From NCBI RefSeq assembly GCF_016433145.1, contig NC_058132.1, positions 90,411,423-90,475,422 on the forward strand: a stretch of 64,000 nucleotides of DNA. The letters run 5' to 3'. The notes below the pieces were generated by a model that was given only the letters and a program-made list of their open reading frames with translations, did not search any database and was not told the origin of the DNA. The DNA comes from Gracilinanus agilis. Lineage: Eukaryota. The position numbers were made by a program, and so were the translations under genes. The first letter of the stretch is position 1. Each line of letters starts with the position of its first letter. Positions 1 to 11,731 of the stretch are shown here, in pieces.

Positions 1-334
1 TTCAAAACTTGAGTCATTTAGTGTTTCTTATTGCACCTTTCAAAGCTGGCCACTTGGGCAGAAAAATAAATCTTTATGACTACAAGCTCTTCCTTGTCTG
101 AACCTCTGATCTGGGGCCTGGATTAGATTGCCCATGGAGGACAAATTTATTAACTACATATACTTGCTGGTTAATGGTAAAGTGATAGCCTATAAATCTG
201 TAAGCTTAAAAAAGGATGGTCCGGAGCTGGTGTGAGCTGCTATAGCTACTGTAGCACTTCATGTATCACCTGAAATAACCATCAAGTATATGCCAGTTTG
301 AGTCACCTAAATCTTAAAAATAATCTAGAATGAT

Positions 335-1250
335 GATAGCTAGCTTTGCATAGTGTTTTAAGGTTTGCAAAGCACATTACAAATATTATCTCATTTAATC
401 TTGAAAAACACCTGAGAAGAAAGTACCATTATTAAATTCGTTTTATATTTGAGAAAGCTGAAGCAGGAATAGTTTATTTATTTTTTTGTTAAAATTTTTT
501 TTAATTTTTACTTTGAATATTTTCCCATATTTACATGTTTCATGTTCTTTCCCTCTCCCCAAACCCCTCTAACCACCTTAGCTGATGCACAATTCCACTG
601 GGTTTTACATGTATCATTGATCAAGACCTAATTCCATATTATCGATAGTTGGACTAGAGTTATCATTTAGTGTCTTCATCCCCAATAATATCCCCAACAG
701 CCCATGTGTTCAAGCAGTTGTTTTTCCTCTCTGTTTCTTCTCCCACAGTTCTTCCTCTGAATGTGGCTAGTTTTCTTTCTCATAAGTCCCTCTGCCTTGC
801 TCTGGATTCTTGTATTGCTGCTAGTAGAGAAGTTCATTATATTCGATTATACCACAGTATATCAGTCTCTGTGTACAATGTTCTTATGGCTCTGCTTCTT
901 TCACTCTGCATCAGTTCCTGGAGGTCTTTCCAGTTCACATGGAATTCCTCCAGTTCTTTATTCCTTTGAGCACAATAGTATTCCATCACCAACAGATACC
1001 ACAATTTGTTTAGCCATTCCCCAATTGAAGGGCATTCTCTCATTTTCCATTTTTTTTTTTGCCACCACAAAGAACACAGCTATAAATATTTTTGTACAAG
1101 TCTTTTTCCTTATTATCTCTTTGGGGTATAAACCAAGCAGTGCTATGGCTGGATCAAAAGGCAGATAGTTGAAGCAGGAATAGTTTAAATGCCTACCTAA
1201 GATCACAAAGCTAGTAAGTGCCTCAAATTTGAACTCAAATCTTACCGGAA
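335..1250 (-). mobile_element. MIR/CORE-SINE, split by an L1 insertion
   Basis: Antisense MIR core (ttatctcatttaatc...attttatatttgagaaagctgaagca | aatgcctacctaagatcacaaagctagtaagt...tttgaactc) resumes on the far side of the L1. Confidence 0.7.
477..1169 (-). mobile_element. 5'-truncated L1 (ORF2 C-terminus + 3'UTR + poly-A) with 18-bp TSD
   Basis: Minus-strand ORFs 837-1070 and 958-1206 give L1 ORF2 C-terminal peptides (FDPAIALLGLYPKE, CPSIGEWLNKLWY); T-rich tail at ~477-505; TSD tgaagcaggaatagttta at 459-476 and 1170-1187. Confidence 0.95.
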
Positions 1251-1949
1251 TTTAGGTCCAGTCCTCTACACATCAAGCCATCTCAATCTAAAAATGTCAG
1301 TGTCAATCTATACCATTCACAAAGAGCAAAAATCCCACCTAATCTTTTTCTTTGAGACTCCTTCCTTAGCTTTAAACAAAAACAAAAAGTCTTTCAACCT
1401 TATTGCCATTTTCTTGCCTTTTTTGACATAAAATATGTTGGCTGTCTGAGTAAATCATTTACAGACTGTAAAGAAACTCTTCCAGACAGAAAAGGAAGAA
1501 GTCCTTAAAACTAACCACCAGAACAGGTTCCTGGATGTTTTACCAGATTTTGCTACTAAATCCCACATCAGAATTCATAGATGTTTGCCATTCTCTTCCT
1601 AATTCCTTATTTTTAACAGTCTTAACAAACCTTATTGGCAAACCATTTTCTGATTTATCCAGGATAGTGAAGTGGAACCTAAATAGAAGATGGGGAGAGA
1701 TTCAGGGAACTATGGAGAGGAAATGTGGCATATTATAGAGACTACTGGTTACAAAATTTGAAGACCAAGTTGAAATCCCACCTCTGAAAATTACTCTGAA
1801 ACACTAAATTAAGAGCCTCACAGATTAGACAGAGTAGAGACAAGAATGAAAAGAGATATGCTGCCTCTCAGAGGGATCATTCTCATGCTCAAGAAGAAAT
1901 ATAAAAATTGTCAACAATGCTATGGAAGAAACTCTTATTTAATTATGGT

Positions 1950-2066
1950 TTGAACTAGCCTATCAACTCCTTAAGAGCAGGGACTATCTTTTGACTTCTT
2001 TGAATCCCTATCACCACAGCGTCTGGCATATATTAGGTGTTTAATAAATGTTTATTGACTGAATGA
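1950..2066 (+). mobile_element. L2 3' end fragment
   Basis: actccttaagagcagggactat...ggcatatattaggtgtttaataaatgttttattgactgaatga is the typical L2 3' terminus. Confidence 0.7.
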
Positions 2067-2583
2067 CAAATAGTGTCCAGATGCCCCAATTCTATATGAA
2101 TAAGCAACCGAGTTGAGCTAATGCTGCTTCTCTTTTCTCTAGGTGTCATCCTTTTCCAGTAGAGCATATGAAGAGCATATAAAGAAAACTTCCTGACTAT
2201 CTTGCCACCCAGGTGTTACCTCTGCACTGCATACCTCTTCACTGGCCTAACTTTCAAATTTGACTTTGATATCAATACAGCACCTGGATCAACCAGCACT
2301 ACCTGGATCAACCCTGGTGTCAGAAGCTAGAAGGTTTTCTATAGTTAAACACTAGATAGATGGACATGGCTTAGTTTTACATTTGAATACTCCTCAACTG
2401 GTCACCAGACTGACAACTGTATGTAGAATTTATCCTAAGATCCTTTACTACCAGGTCCTAGAAAGATATTCCTTTCTACACCCAGAGGTACATATACACA
2501 CAAAACACACGCATAGCTGGCTTAAACTTTGGACCTTTCTCACCTACTCTGCATGGAGTACTGCCATCCCCAGCCACTAGGTC

Positions 2584-3693
2584 ATGACATCCAACCACAC
2601 AACATCCCAATTGCCAGCCTTTCTCCTGCTTGGGATACCCTGGAGAGAAGATATCCACAAGTGGCTCTCTATTCCCTTCTTCTTCCTCTACCTTGCAGCT
2701 GCTCTAGGCAATGGTGCCATACTGGTGGCAGTGGCCCGGAATCCATCACTCCGTGAACCCATGCATTGTTTCCTCTCCATGCTTGCTGTCACTGACCTGG
2801 CATTATCAGGCACCACACTACCTACCACATTAGGCTTGTTGTGGTTTGGCATCAGCCAGGTGGCCTTTGATGTTTGCTTGACCCAAATGTTTTTCATCCA
2901 TGTTGCCTCAGTGGCAGAGTCATCAGTGCTCCTTGCCATGGCAGTAGACCGATGGGCTGCCATTGCCTGTCCACTGCGGTATTCTGCTCTCTTAACTCAC
3001 CGAGTGGTTGCAAAGGTAGGACTGGCTGTGTTGGTCCGTTCAGCTCTCACTTTGCTACCCCTGCCATTCTTGCTACTCAGGTTGACTTATAATGAACAAC
3101 GGAGGCTTACCCACTCTTTCTGCTTCCATCCAGATATCATGAAGCTGGCACGTAATGAAACTGAAGTCAATGTTCACTATGGTCTCTTTGTTATCTTGTC
3201 TACAGCTGGTATTGACTCAGTCCTCATTATTCTCTCCTATATGCCTATAGCAAAAGTAATTCTGGGCTTAGGGTCATGGGAAGAAAGAGTGCGAGCTGCA
3301 AGGACCTGTGTGAGTCATGTGGCGGCTGTCCTAGTGTTTTTTGTGCCCATGATTGGACTTTCAGTCATGCATCGTTTTGGGAGTCATGGTCCACTGCCAC
3401 TGGCCTTGGTAGCCTACACCTACCTCCTGGTGCCACCTGCTCTCAACCCTGTCATCTATAGTATCAAGTTTCAGTGCATCTGGAAGACTCTGCTCAGGCT
3501 CTGCTTCTACCAGCCTGGAGCCCCAAGGTGGGCAGCATCTCCACCTCCCACCCACACTGGACATAAATCTCTCTCAATTACATGCTCCCAGAGATACTCT
3601 GTTCAGATAATGCAAATGGAGTCCTCACAATTGGAGAATTCCCAGTCTGATGAAGGAGGAATCGGACTAGTCTTTGGGGATGATCAAGTATGA
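2584..3693 (+). CDS. Class I olfactory receptor, OR51-like, 369 aa, with extended C-terminus
   Basis: Intact ORF with OR motifs: N-terminal NHT sequon, FLLLGIP, GN, LREPMHCFLSML, ESSVLLAMAVDRWAAIACPLRY, SY, RAARTCVSH, HRFG, PPALNPVIYS. Intact-but-decaying pseudogene not excluded. Confidence 0.9.
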   Translation: MTSNHTTSQLPAFLLLGIPWREDIHKWLSIPFFFLYLAAALGNGAILVAVARNPSLREPMHCFLSMLAVTDLALSGTTLPTTLGLLWFGISQVAFDVCLTQMFFIHVASVAESSVLLAMAVDRWAAIACPLRYSALLTHRVVAKVGLAVLVRSALTLLPLPFLLLRLTYNEQRRLTHSFCFHPDIMKLARNETEVNVHYGLFVILSTAGIDSVLIILSYMPIAKVILGLGSWEERVRAARTCVSHVAAVLVFFVPMIGLSVMHRFGSHGPLPLALVAYTYLLVPPALNPVIYSIKFQCIWKTLLRLCFYQPGAPRWAASPPPTHTGHKSLSITCSQRYSVQIMQMESSQLENSQSDEGGIGLVFGDDQV

Positions 3694-3909
3694 TGAAGGC
3701 ATATGTGACATAGAATGAAGATTAACAAATAAGAAAAAAAAATGCAATCAATTCCAACTCTAAAGAAAGTGGTCCCAAGCTATCAAACCAAATCCTGGGG
3801 GATTTGGTAGATGATAATAAAAGATGGAATGAGTGGAGTACCTAGAGTTAGATTTGCTCAATAGGGCTGGAATGGTTTGCTGCAGTAGATAAGTTTAAAA
3901 ACAAAAATG

Positions 3910-4165
3910 ACTGGAGTATAGTAGTAAGCAGTAAGTAGTAAGAATGCCAGATTTGGAAACAGAAGTAGTGGCTTTTTTTATTTACTGGCATTTTTAAGAT
4001 TATTTGTAATCACTTTACCTCTTAGGCCTCCAGTTTCTTCATCTGTTAAGTGGGAATTAATTAAATCTATTCTGTACATTTTTAAAGGCTACTCCAAAAA
4101 ACAAGTAAGATAACATATGTGAAAACACTGAAAACTGTAGAGCTCTAGGAAAACATGAGAAATTA
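3910..4165 (+). mobile_element. MIR SINE (degenerate)
   Basis: Core aatcactttacctcttaggcctccagtttcttcatctgttaagtggg and tail gtaagataacatatgtgaaaacact. Confidence 0.6.
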
Positions 4166-5220
4166 TAGAAACAGAGCCTTGAAGGGAAGACCAGTTGTTT
4201 GCCTATGATTTCTCTTTCTGCATCAGGATTCCTGATGGAAAATCCCTGGATGCTGCTAATCCCTATGGCTTACCCACAAGCATTAAGAAGTTCAATGTTT
4301 CTGACCCATTAGTCCATCAGTTTACTGGTTCAAAGTTTTAATAAGTCCAAATTTCAAAGCTCTATTATATTCTGAGACCTATCTACACTTCAGCCTCTGC
4401 CACCATTGCCTCTACATGTAGCCTCTGCCCTCCTTCCACTTACCTGAGCTATCATAAGAATTTACAGGATTTATTACAGCAGAAAACTCCCATAAAATAA
4501 TATCGAACACACAAGAAATTACAGTCTAAATGTTATCTGGCCTGTGATATCACAACCTGGCATGAAACCTTCAAGTTCTAAGCTATCACCAGTAGAATTT
4601 AAATCCCCTGAAGGCAAAGGATACATTGGTTTGTCTTATCTACAGAACAATGATAATGGAGAGCTGAGAAGAAAGCCATTGTGGCCCAGGATGATGGACA
4701 CACTGGTGAGAAAGTTGCCCTCCAGCTTTTGATTCCAGTCTCATCCTGTTCTGCTCAGTATGGGAAGAAGAGACAGAGGGAGAGATCTGGACTTCTTTCT
4801 CCTTAGTCTGTTAGCCAAGAGTAGCCTTTGCTTCCATTTTGCTGTTGTTGTCATTGTTAGTTTGCTTTTTTAACTTCCTGATTGTACTCCTTTGTACTCA
4901 CCTCTTTTCATGAGTTCAAAAAGAGAAAAGTTGGAAAACTGCCTAAATCCTTCTCTGGTATGATTCATGATGATAATAGAGTGGGATTGGGGTGGAGGTT
5001 TTTGCCCTGTTAAAGAGATGTGAGCTACTGTTCCTTTGTAGCACAACTTGAGGAGTAGAGAGGTGGATACAAGGCATTCATTTGGATTCTCATAAGTAGA
5101 AGAGTATATTGTATTTATCCCATTAAACCATATGGTCTAGACTGGGTTTTGTGGACTTCCAAGATAATCCATAAATAGATTTCATGGGAATAATGAATTT
5201 CTCCTCCCCCAATTTTTTTT

Positions 5221-5414
5221 AAACTCTTACCTTCTGTCTTGGAGTCAATACTGAGTATTGGCTCCAAGGCAGAAGAGTGGTAAGGGTAGGCAATGGGGGT
5301 CAAGTGACATGCCCAGGGTCACACAGCTGGGAAGTGTCTGAGGCCAGATTTGAACCTAGGACCTCCCGTCTCTAGGCCTGGCTCTCTATCCACTGAGCTA
5401 CCCAGCTGCCCCCT
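5221..5414 (-). mobile_element. SINE1_Mdo-type CORE-SINE with 16-bp TSD
   Basis: Antisense ggggcagctgggtagctcagtggatagagagccaggcctagagacgggaggtcctaggttcaaatctggcc...; TSD tcccccaatttttttt at 5205-5220 and 5415-5430. Confidence 0.92.
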
Positions 5415-5431
5415 TCCCCCAATTTTTTTTG

Positions 5432-5575
5432 AAAACTGTATTTTAAAATAATTAGTTTCTTTTGTCACCTTGTGTATTTTATTTCAGTAATTTAGAATAT
5501 TATTTTGAGAAAAGGTCTCTAGGTTTCATTAGATTCTCTAAGGAGCCTATGACACAAACATGGTAAAGAACTCCT
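5432..5575 (+). mobile_element. Ancient hAT-Charlie DNA transposon relic (3' end)
   Basis: aactgtattttaaaataattagtttc...tattattttgagaaaaggtctctaggtttcattagattctctaaggagcctatgacacaaacatggtaaagaactcct; related copies at ~11265-11430, 15500-15715, 20340-20570, 48900-49070 and 57355-57510. Confidence 0.6.
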
Positions 5576-6838
5576 ATCTAAGACTAACATAAGCTCTGAA
5601 AGGAAATATTAAACCTCAGACAGAAAGAAAGGTAGAAAATAGGCCTGCATATTCCTCAAAGAACTACTCTTAGTTGGAAGGATTTCTAGCATCCAAGCCT
5701 AGTTCCCCATCAGACCTCTCCAGTAAGGTAATACTTGTATTACTATTAACTGGGACCATTATTCATTCTACTTGTGAGAGTTCAGGAACATGTTATCCAT
5801 AGACTTCTTTACTCTTATATTTGGGAAGTCCTTACGTACCTTACGCAAATTGCCTGGGAGACACATAACCTTCTCAGGCGTGTAACGGGATTGCTTATAG
5901 GGAATTCATATTATCAAAAGCAAGCCCACTCAAGTAATACAATATTCCCATACTGGGTTGAACCCAGGAAGAAGTTTCCTAAGTACCAAATGATCACAAC
6001 TCTAGAAAAATTTCTTTTTCAGGAAGGTTCCATTGGAACAAAAGGTATAGATAAATATGAAGAATATCTTTCATATATCTATGTTGAAAGTTTCTAGAGA
6101 AATTCCATTCAGCAAGGGTATCTATCAGATCAGAAGGCCTGAAGATAATGCCTCTGTGGTTGTGTCTGAGTGAAGGCTTTGAGGATAGGAATTTTGTGTC
6201 TTCTATTTCTTGACTCTCACATATTCTGGAAGAGAGGAGGAGTTGGGGAGAGGAAGGGAAGGGGAAGCTCAGGAAAGATTATTTGCATGGTGAATTCATT
6301 TCAGGAATAAATCCTTTTTTTCTGGTGTCCACAGGGCTAGGAACAAGTGACCATATAGGTGATAAAATATGAAACATATGGGGAAAATCCTCTGGCTCCC
6401 ATGTTTCTTTGCCTGACAATCAATGATGCCTGATATCTTCCCCTTTAAATCTTTACTTCCATGGGTTAATATCTTTGTCCTCTTTGCCCTCCTTAGTTAT
6501 AAAATGAATCTCTTGGGGAGGGCCCACACACAAAGGCTTTAGTTTCCCACCCTATTCCCTCAAAGAATCGAGGAGTTAAACATTAAAAACAAAAAAAAAA
6601 CAAAAAACAAACAAAAATACTCTAGAACTCTGCAAGAGAATGGCTATGTGACCTAGAAAAAAAAGTTAGGGCTATTTTAGATAAGCATTGTGGACATAAA
6701 AATTTGTTAGAATATGGCCATTTTCATCTATGATAATATTCTGTTTGGTTTCCCTTCTTTAAGGCTATCTCTGCTACAACCTATCCTTCATGTAGCTGCT
6801 CAAGCGATTTTCATCAGTCTTTGTCTCTCTATCTTGTC

Positions 6839-6977
6839 NNNNNNNNNNNNNNNNNNNNNNNNNNNNNNNNNNNNNNNNNNNNNNNNNNNNNNNNNNNNNN
6901 NNNNNNNNNNNNNNNNNNNNNNNNNNNNNNNNNNNNNNNNNNNNNNNNNNNNNNNNNNNNNNNNNNNNNNNNNNNNN
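6839..6977. other. Assembly gap (139 N)
   Basis: Run of N. Confidence 1.
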
Positions 6978-7052
6978 CTCAGGTTACACATGCCTGAAAT
7001 GCATTCTCTTCTTCCCTTTGTCTTTATTTTCCTTTTAGAATCACTTCATTGC

Positions 7053-7255
7053 AGGTCAGCTAGGTGCCTCAATGAATTAAAAGCCAGGCCTAGAGATGGA
7101 AGGTCCTGGGTTCAAATGTGATCTCAGACACTTCCTAGATGTATGATCCTGGGCACATCACTTAACCCCCATTGCCTAGCCCTTACTATTCTTCTGATTT
7201 TGAACCAATACATAATATGGATTCTAAGATGGAAGGTAAAGATTTTTTTTAAAAG
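7053..7255 (+). mobile_element. SINE1_Mdo-type SINE
   Basis: cagctaggtgcctcaatga...ggttcaaatgtgatctcagacacttcc...ccttactattcttctg...ggaaggtaaag; A/B-box head, CORE and characteristic tail. Confidence 0.85.
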
Positions 7256-7259
7256 AATC

Positions 7260-7715
7260 AGTTCAGTGATTACATTCATGAAGCCTTTTATTGCCTACCC
7301 AGATGGATGCTAGGGCTCTCCCTTTTGTTTTAAAACCCTTAATTTCTGTGTCTTGGCTCCTTGGTGGAAGAATGGTAAGGGTGGGCAACGGAGGTCAAGT
7401 GACTTGCCCAGGGTCACACAGCTGGGAAGTGTCTGAGGTCAGATCTGAACCTAGGACTTCTGTCTCTAGGCCTGACTCTCAATCCACTGAACTACCCAGC
7501 TGTCCCCATAGGGCTCTCCCTTCTAAACCTAAAATCTGTAGTATTGTGATTTACATTCTTTATATTCTCATATGTATGTATGTATGTATGTTGTCTTCTC
7601 CTCCTGTAAAATGTAACCTCTAAGAGTAATAATTGTTTCAATTTTCTCAGTATCCCCAGGATTTAGTACAGTGTCTAACACACAGTAAATGATTACAAAT
7701 TCTGCTTGCTTGCTT
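7260..7715 (+). mobile_element. L2 3' fragment, interrupted by a SINE
   Basis: L2 3' terminus ...tgtaacctctaagag...gtatccccaggatttagtacagtgtctaacacacagtaaatgattacaaattctgcttgcttg. Confidence 0.6.
7325..7508 (-). mobile_element. SINE1_Mdo-type SINE (short-tail variant) with 14-bp TSD
   Basis: TSD tagggctctccctt at 7311-7324 and 7509-7522; the same short tail occurs at ~30480 and ~42478. Confidence 0.9.
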
Positions 7716-8139
7716 TATTCAGCCACGGAAAACATCAAACTTCTCTAAGGCACTACATTGGGATGAATCAGAAACTACTGGAGAGTACAGTGTAGACAGT
7801 AGTAAGGCTGATTACATAGCAATATGATTGATAAAATGAATAAAAATTCTAGTCAAAGGTTCTATCCCTAGGTTGCCTTCTCTGCTCTTCTTTATCTTTT
7901 CTTTTTCTCTTCCCCTCTCCCTCCCGTATGCTAATAGTCTACTCCTTCTTCCTCTCTTCCTCTCCCTTGGTTTATTTTCCTTCCTGATATTTCTTTTTCA
8001 CTTTCTTCCCCAGCTCTCACTAAAGCCATTGTCTCCAATCATTCCCTTCAGAGAACTCATCATTCCCATCACACTTAGGCGCCACCTGACTAATCTACAT
8101 AAAGGGTGCCATTAGGAAGATAATGTCTCCTCTAAGGTC

Positions 8140-8325
8140 CCAACACTCTCAGAGACTCCCAGGCCAGAATGCTCTAACCTCAAGGGGCCTGGGAGCTTCA
8201 GTTAGGATTTCCTAGGCAGAGATATAAGGGATGAGCAGAGCTAACCCTTAACTGAAAACAAGACTGGGTGAGACTAGGCTGGTCAGAAGCATTGGACCAT
8301 TATGTAAAAGCTGAGGTTAGTGACT
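8140..8325 (+). promoter_or_regulatory. Candidate promoter/first non-coding exon of the OR at 11732
   Basis: O/E(EBF)-like cctcaagggg (8178-8187), TATA-like tataa (8223-8227), 17-mer accattatgtaaaagct (8296-8312, TAATGG on the minus strand), donor-like gag|gttagt; homologous to 15060-15270. Confidence 0.5.
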
Positions 8326-8653
8326 TTGTTCACAAATTTCCCTGGTTCTTTATTTTCCAGTTTGGTGGAGTTAGATAACTGACATGAATGGAAAATCCTC
8401 ATATTTCACTGGCTTTTTCTAGCACTTCCTATCCTTGCCTAGAGTTATTTATAAATAGAATCTATATCAGATCTGATGTTTCCTTCATCCTCTTGCCTCT
8501 GTTCTTCAAAGAGATTCAGAGGAAAGATAATATGCAGAATATGGGAATTGGTTAAACCAGAGGGTCTAGATAATTGACATCTAATATTGAGTGAACTAGA
8601 AAAATGACTGCCTTCTTAAATTCTAGAGACTGTCCATCAAAACAGATGTCCAA

Positions 8654-8856
8654 GGGGGCGCTAGTGGCTCAATGGATTGCTAGCCAGGCCTAGAGACGGG
8701 AGATCCAAGGTTCAAATCTGGCCTCAGACACTTCTTAGCTGTGTGATCCTGGGCAAGTCATTTAACCCCCATTGCCTAGCCCTTACTGCTATTCTATATT
8801 AGAACCAATACACACTATTGATTCTAAGAGGGAGGGTAAGGGTTTAAAAAAAAAAA
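8654..8856 (+). mobile_element. SINE1_Mdo-type SINE
   Basis: ggggcgctagtggctcaatgg...ggttcaaatctggcctcagacac...gtaagggtttaaaaaaaaaaa; imperfect TSD aacagat(gt)ccaag. Confidence 0.88.
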
Positions 8857-9744
8857 GAACAGATCCAAGAATTGAAGATGGTGTTTCTAATAAGAGATAC
8901 CCTTCACTGAAAGAATAGGAAATAAAACAGTTGACTGAGGTGTGCAGAAAAGAAAGAAAATAAAATGACTCTTCAGAGCTTCTTTCAGACTAATCACTTT
9001 AATATTATCTTCAAATCACAAACCATCTCAGTCTTCTCAGACCTCATCTTAAAATCATAATGCTTTAGTTGAAGATTCTTAACCTTTTTCAGGTGTGCAT
9101 CACAATCCCCTTTCACTTTTCTTATGGAATCTATGGACTCCATCTGAGAATGTTTTCAAATGCAGAACATGAGATACACAAGATTGCAAAGCATACAAAA
9201 TATGTTGCAACACAGTCCTCAAAGGATCTTAACAACAACAAAGTTTATAGTCACCAGGTTAAAAACCCATTACAAACCATCAAAACTTTGAGTTAATTAC
9301 CAACATTCTCATTTTACTAGGAGGGAAATTGGTTCTCAACTCTAATTCCAGGGTACCACACAATTTCCTAAAAACCTGGAATCCCCCACTACCAATAAGG
9401 ATTATTGTTCAATTTTCCAGTCACAATCTCTTCAGGAAGAAGACAACTTTTGGTAAAAGTCATTGTGTGCATATGTATCCTGGAGAGGGTAATAATTGAG
9501 TCTAATGCTTTTCTTCCAGGTGCTTAGTCTTTCTCAGAAAGAAAAAAAAATGATGTAAGATGTTATGACTGGATAATTTGTCAGAGACCATGTAGTTCAA
9601 TTTTTTTCTCACAGATGAGGAAATTGAGGAATGATTCAGTGGTTCAAAGGGTGGCTTTAAAGTTTAATCACACTGATAGTTCTAATTATTTCCTCTCTCG
9701 ATCTATAAATTGATACCCCTGAATATTTGTTTTCCATGTTCCAT

Positions 9745-10810
9745 GATTGCCACGTGTAGCTCTAGTGAGGATCTCCCTTCTTAAATCTCATTCCTTTTCT
9801 TTCAAGGTTCCTAGGGATTCAATTACAATATCTATGGAAGACACCCAGATATACTCCATGGATCTAAACTCCAGGTCTGCCTTACTACCTATCTATTATA
9901 CATCCCCACCACTTGGTGACATACTCAAACTAAACATGTTTAAAACATTATCTTTTCCTCCAAATGCTCTAACATCCTAATACCCCAATTTCTGTTAAGG
10001 ATATGACCATTATTCCAGATACCCAAGTTCCAGAACTAGGAACCCTAACTTTTCTCCTCTCTTTCTCCCCATCTCTAATATCCAATAAGATGTTGAATCT
10101 TGCTGATTCTACCTCTTTAATATCTCTTGCATTTCCCTGTTCTTTCTACTCATAACACAACCTCCTTACTTCCTGCTCCCATCACTCTCATCTAAAGTAC
10201 TCAATGAAATACTAGCCTCTTAATCGATCTCCCTTCTCCTTGTCTTTTCCCATTCTATTAAATATACCTGCAAATTGATATAATTAAAGTTCATCTGAAT
10301 ATGTTACTCCCCTCCTCAAGAAGCTTTAGTGTTTCCCTAATGCATCTAAGATAAAATACAAATTTCTTTGTTATATTTTAATCCTTTCAGAATCCATCTC
10401 CAGCCCCTCTCCAAGTCTGATTACACAATATTTCCCAGCACCTTTTCTGTGCTCCAGTTAAATGGATATACAGGTTGTTCTTCACATAGGAAAATACTAC
10501 TATTTCACTGTTATTGCAGACTATCGCTTATGCCTAGAATACTCTTCTCCTGTCTCTACCTCCAGAAACCTGTAGTTTATTTCAAAGCTCTATTCAAGTG
10601 GATCTCTTCCAATAGGTCTTTCCTGATAGTTCCAGATTTTGTACCTCTCACTCCCACATCACTTTGTATATGTTTGTTATATTTTCACTCAATTTTATTC
10701 ATTTTATCTTCTCATTGGAATGTAAGTTTCTTATTTTTTACTTCATATCCATAGCAACACTTAGCATGGAGCCTGGCATGTAATAAGCATTTAGTAAATG
10801 CTAATTCATT
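9745..10810 (+). mobile_element. L2 LINE fragment (ORF2 end + 3' tail), degenerate
   Basis: L2 landmarks ctcaaactaaacatgtttaaaac, aagatgttgaatcttgctgattctacctc and terminal gcctggcatgtaataagcatttagtaaatgct. Confidence 0.7.
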
Positions 10811-11731
10811 GAGGAAAAGTCAGTCTCTTCCCATCTTAGCTCCCTTCTGGGGACTATCCCTTCCCATTTCTTCCAATTATATGTACCTGACTCTCACTTC
10901 TCTAAGCCGCCTTCTCTTTGCTCCCCTTGTCTTTCTTTCCTTCTCTCTGAGATTGACTTTGTCCCAGAGAATTGGGAGAACTATAAAGAAACAAGTCTTG
11001 TGTGGCTTGAGGGTACAGAACAGAGAAAAATGATGAGAATCCTTCAAATTGTCTATTTCTTATGGATACAAAATATTGGGTAATGGTTTCTTAAACAACT
11101 CTTGCAACTCCACCCTAAAACTCCACTCTCTGCTGCTTGCAGTGCCAAAGAGGTGAGACAAGAGACTTCAGCCTCTGTTCCTTTTATTCTCTGTCCTATG
11201 TCTATTGTACTCACATCTATCAATTTTAAGAAATATTTGTAACATCTTGGTGGTATGCAAAAAAGAAAAGAAAAATTACACTATTATTCTCATTAACTTC
11301 TAACTGAAATTTAGTATTTTCTTTAATTATTTTAAAAGCATTATTGTGAGAAGTCCATAGGCTTCATCAGACTGACAAAGGAGTCCATGACCCACACACA
11401 CACACACAAAAAGGTTAAGAATCTCAGATTTCAAATTAATCCAAATTAATTTTGAATCTTTTAAAAATAATTTATATTGTAGGAAACCTGTCAAGGAAAA
11501 GAAATCTACATAATAGCTGCAAAATGTATGACAAAGGATGGCCACTGATGGTTCTTAGACCACCTCCTTCTAAGTCAATGGGAAACCAAATTTTAGTATC
11601 TGAGATTTGAAAAAAGTGTCTACAGTTTCTTACATTCTTGATAAATATTTATAGACATTGCTCCTGCTTTGTTTGAAACTATATGTAAAGTCTGAGGTGG
11701 TCTCACCTCTTAAGAGACTTTTTCTCTTTCA

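Noticed and set aside
670-1168. Plus-strand 99-aa and 135-aa ORFs (and similar ones at 35503-36909, 37066-37254, 39156-40144)
   Set aside because: Antisense or alternative frames of L1 sequence; no independent protein features.
2283-2314. 13-bp direct repeat acctggatcaacc x2 upstream of the first OR
   Set aside because: Only two copies and no spacer array; a trivial local duplication, not CRISPR-like.
5221-5414. tRNA-like A/B boxes in SINE heads as tRNA genes
   Set aside because: They are the heads of CORE-SINEs with TSDs and tails; no complete cloverleaf.
6714-7121. ORFs spanning the N run
   Set aside because: Artefacts of translating N; the flanks are L2 and SINE sequence.
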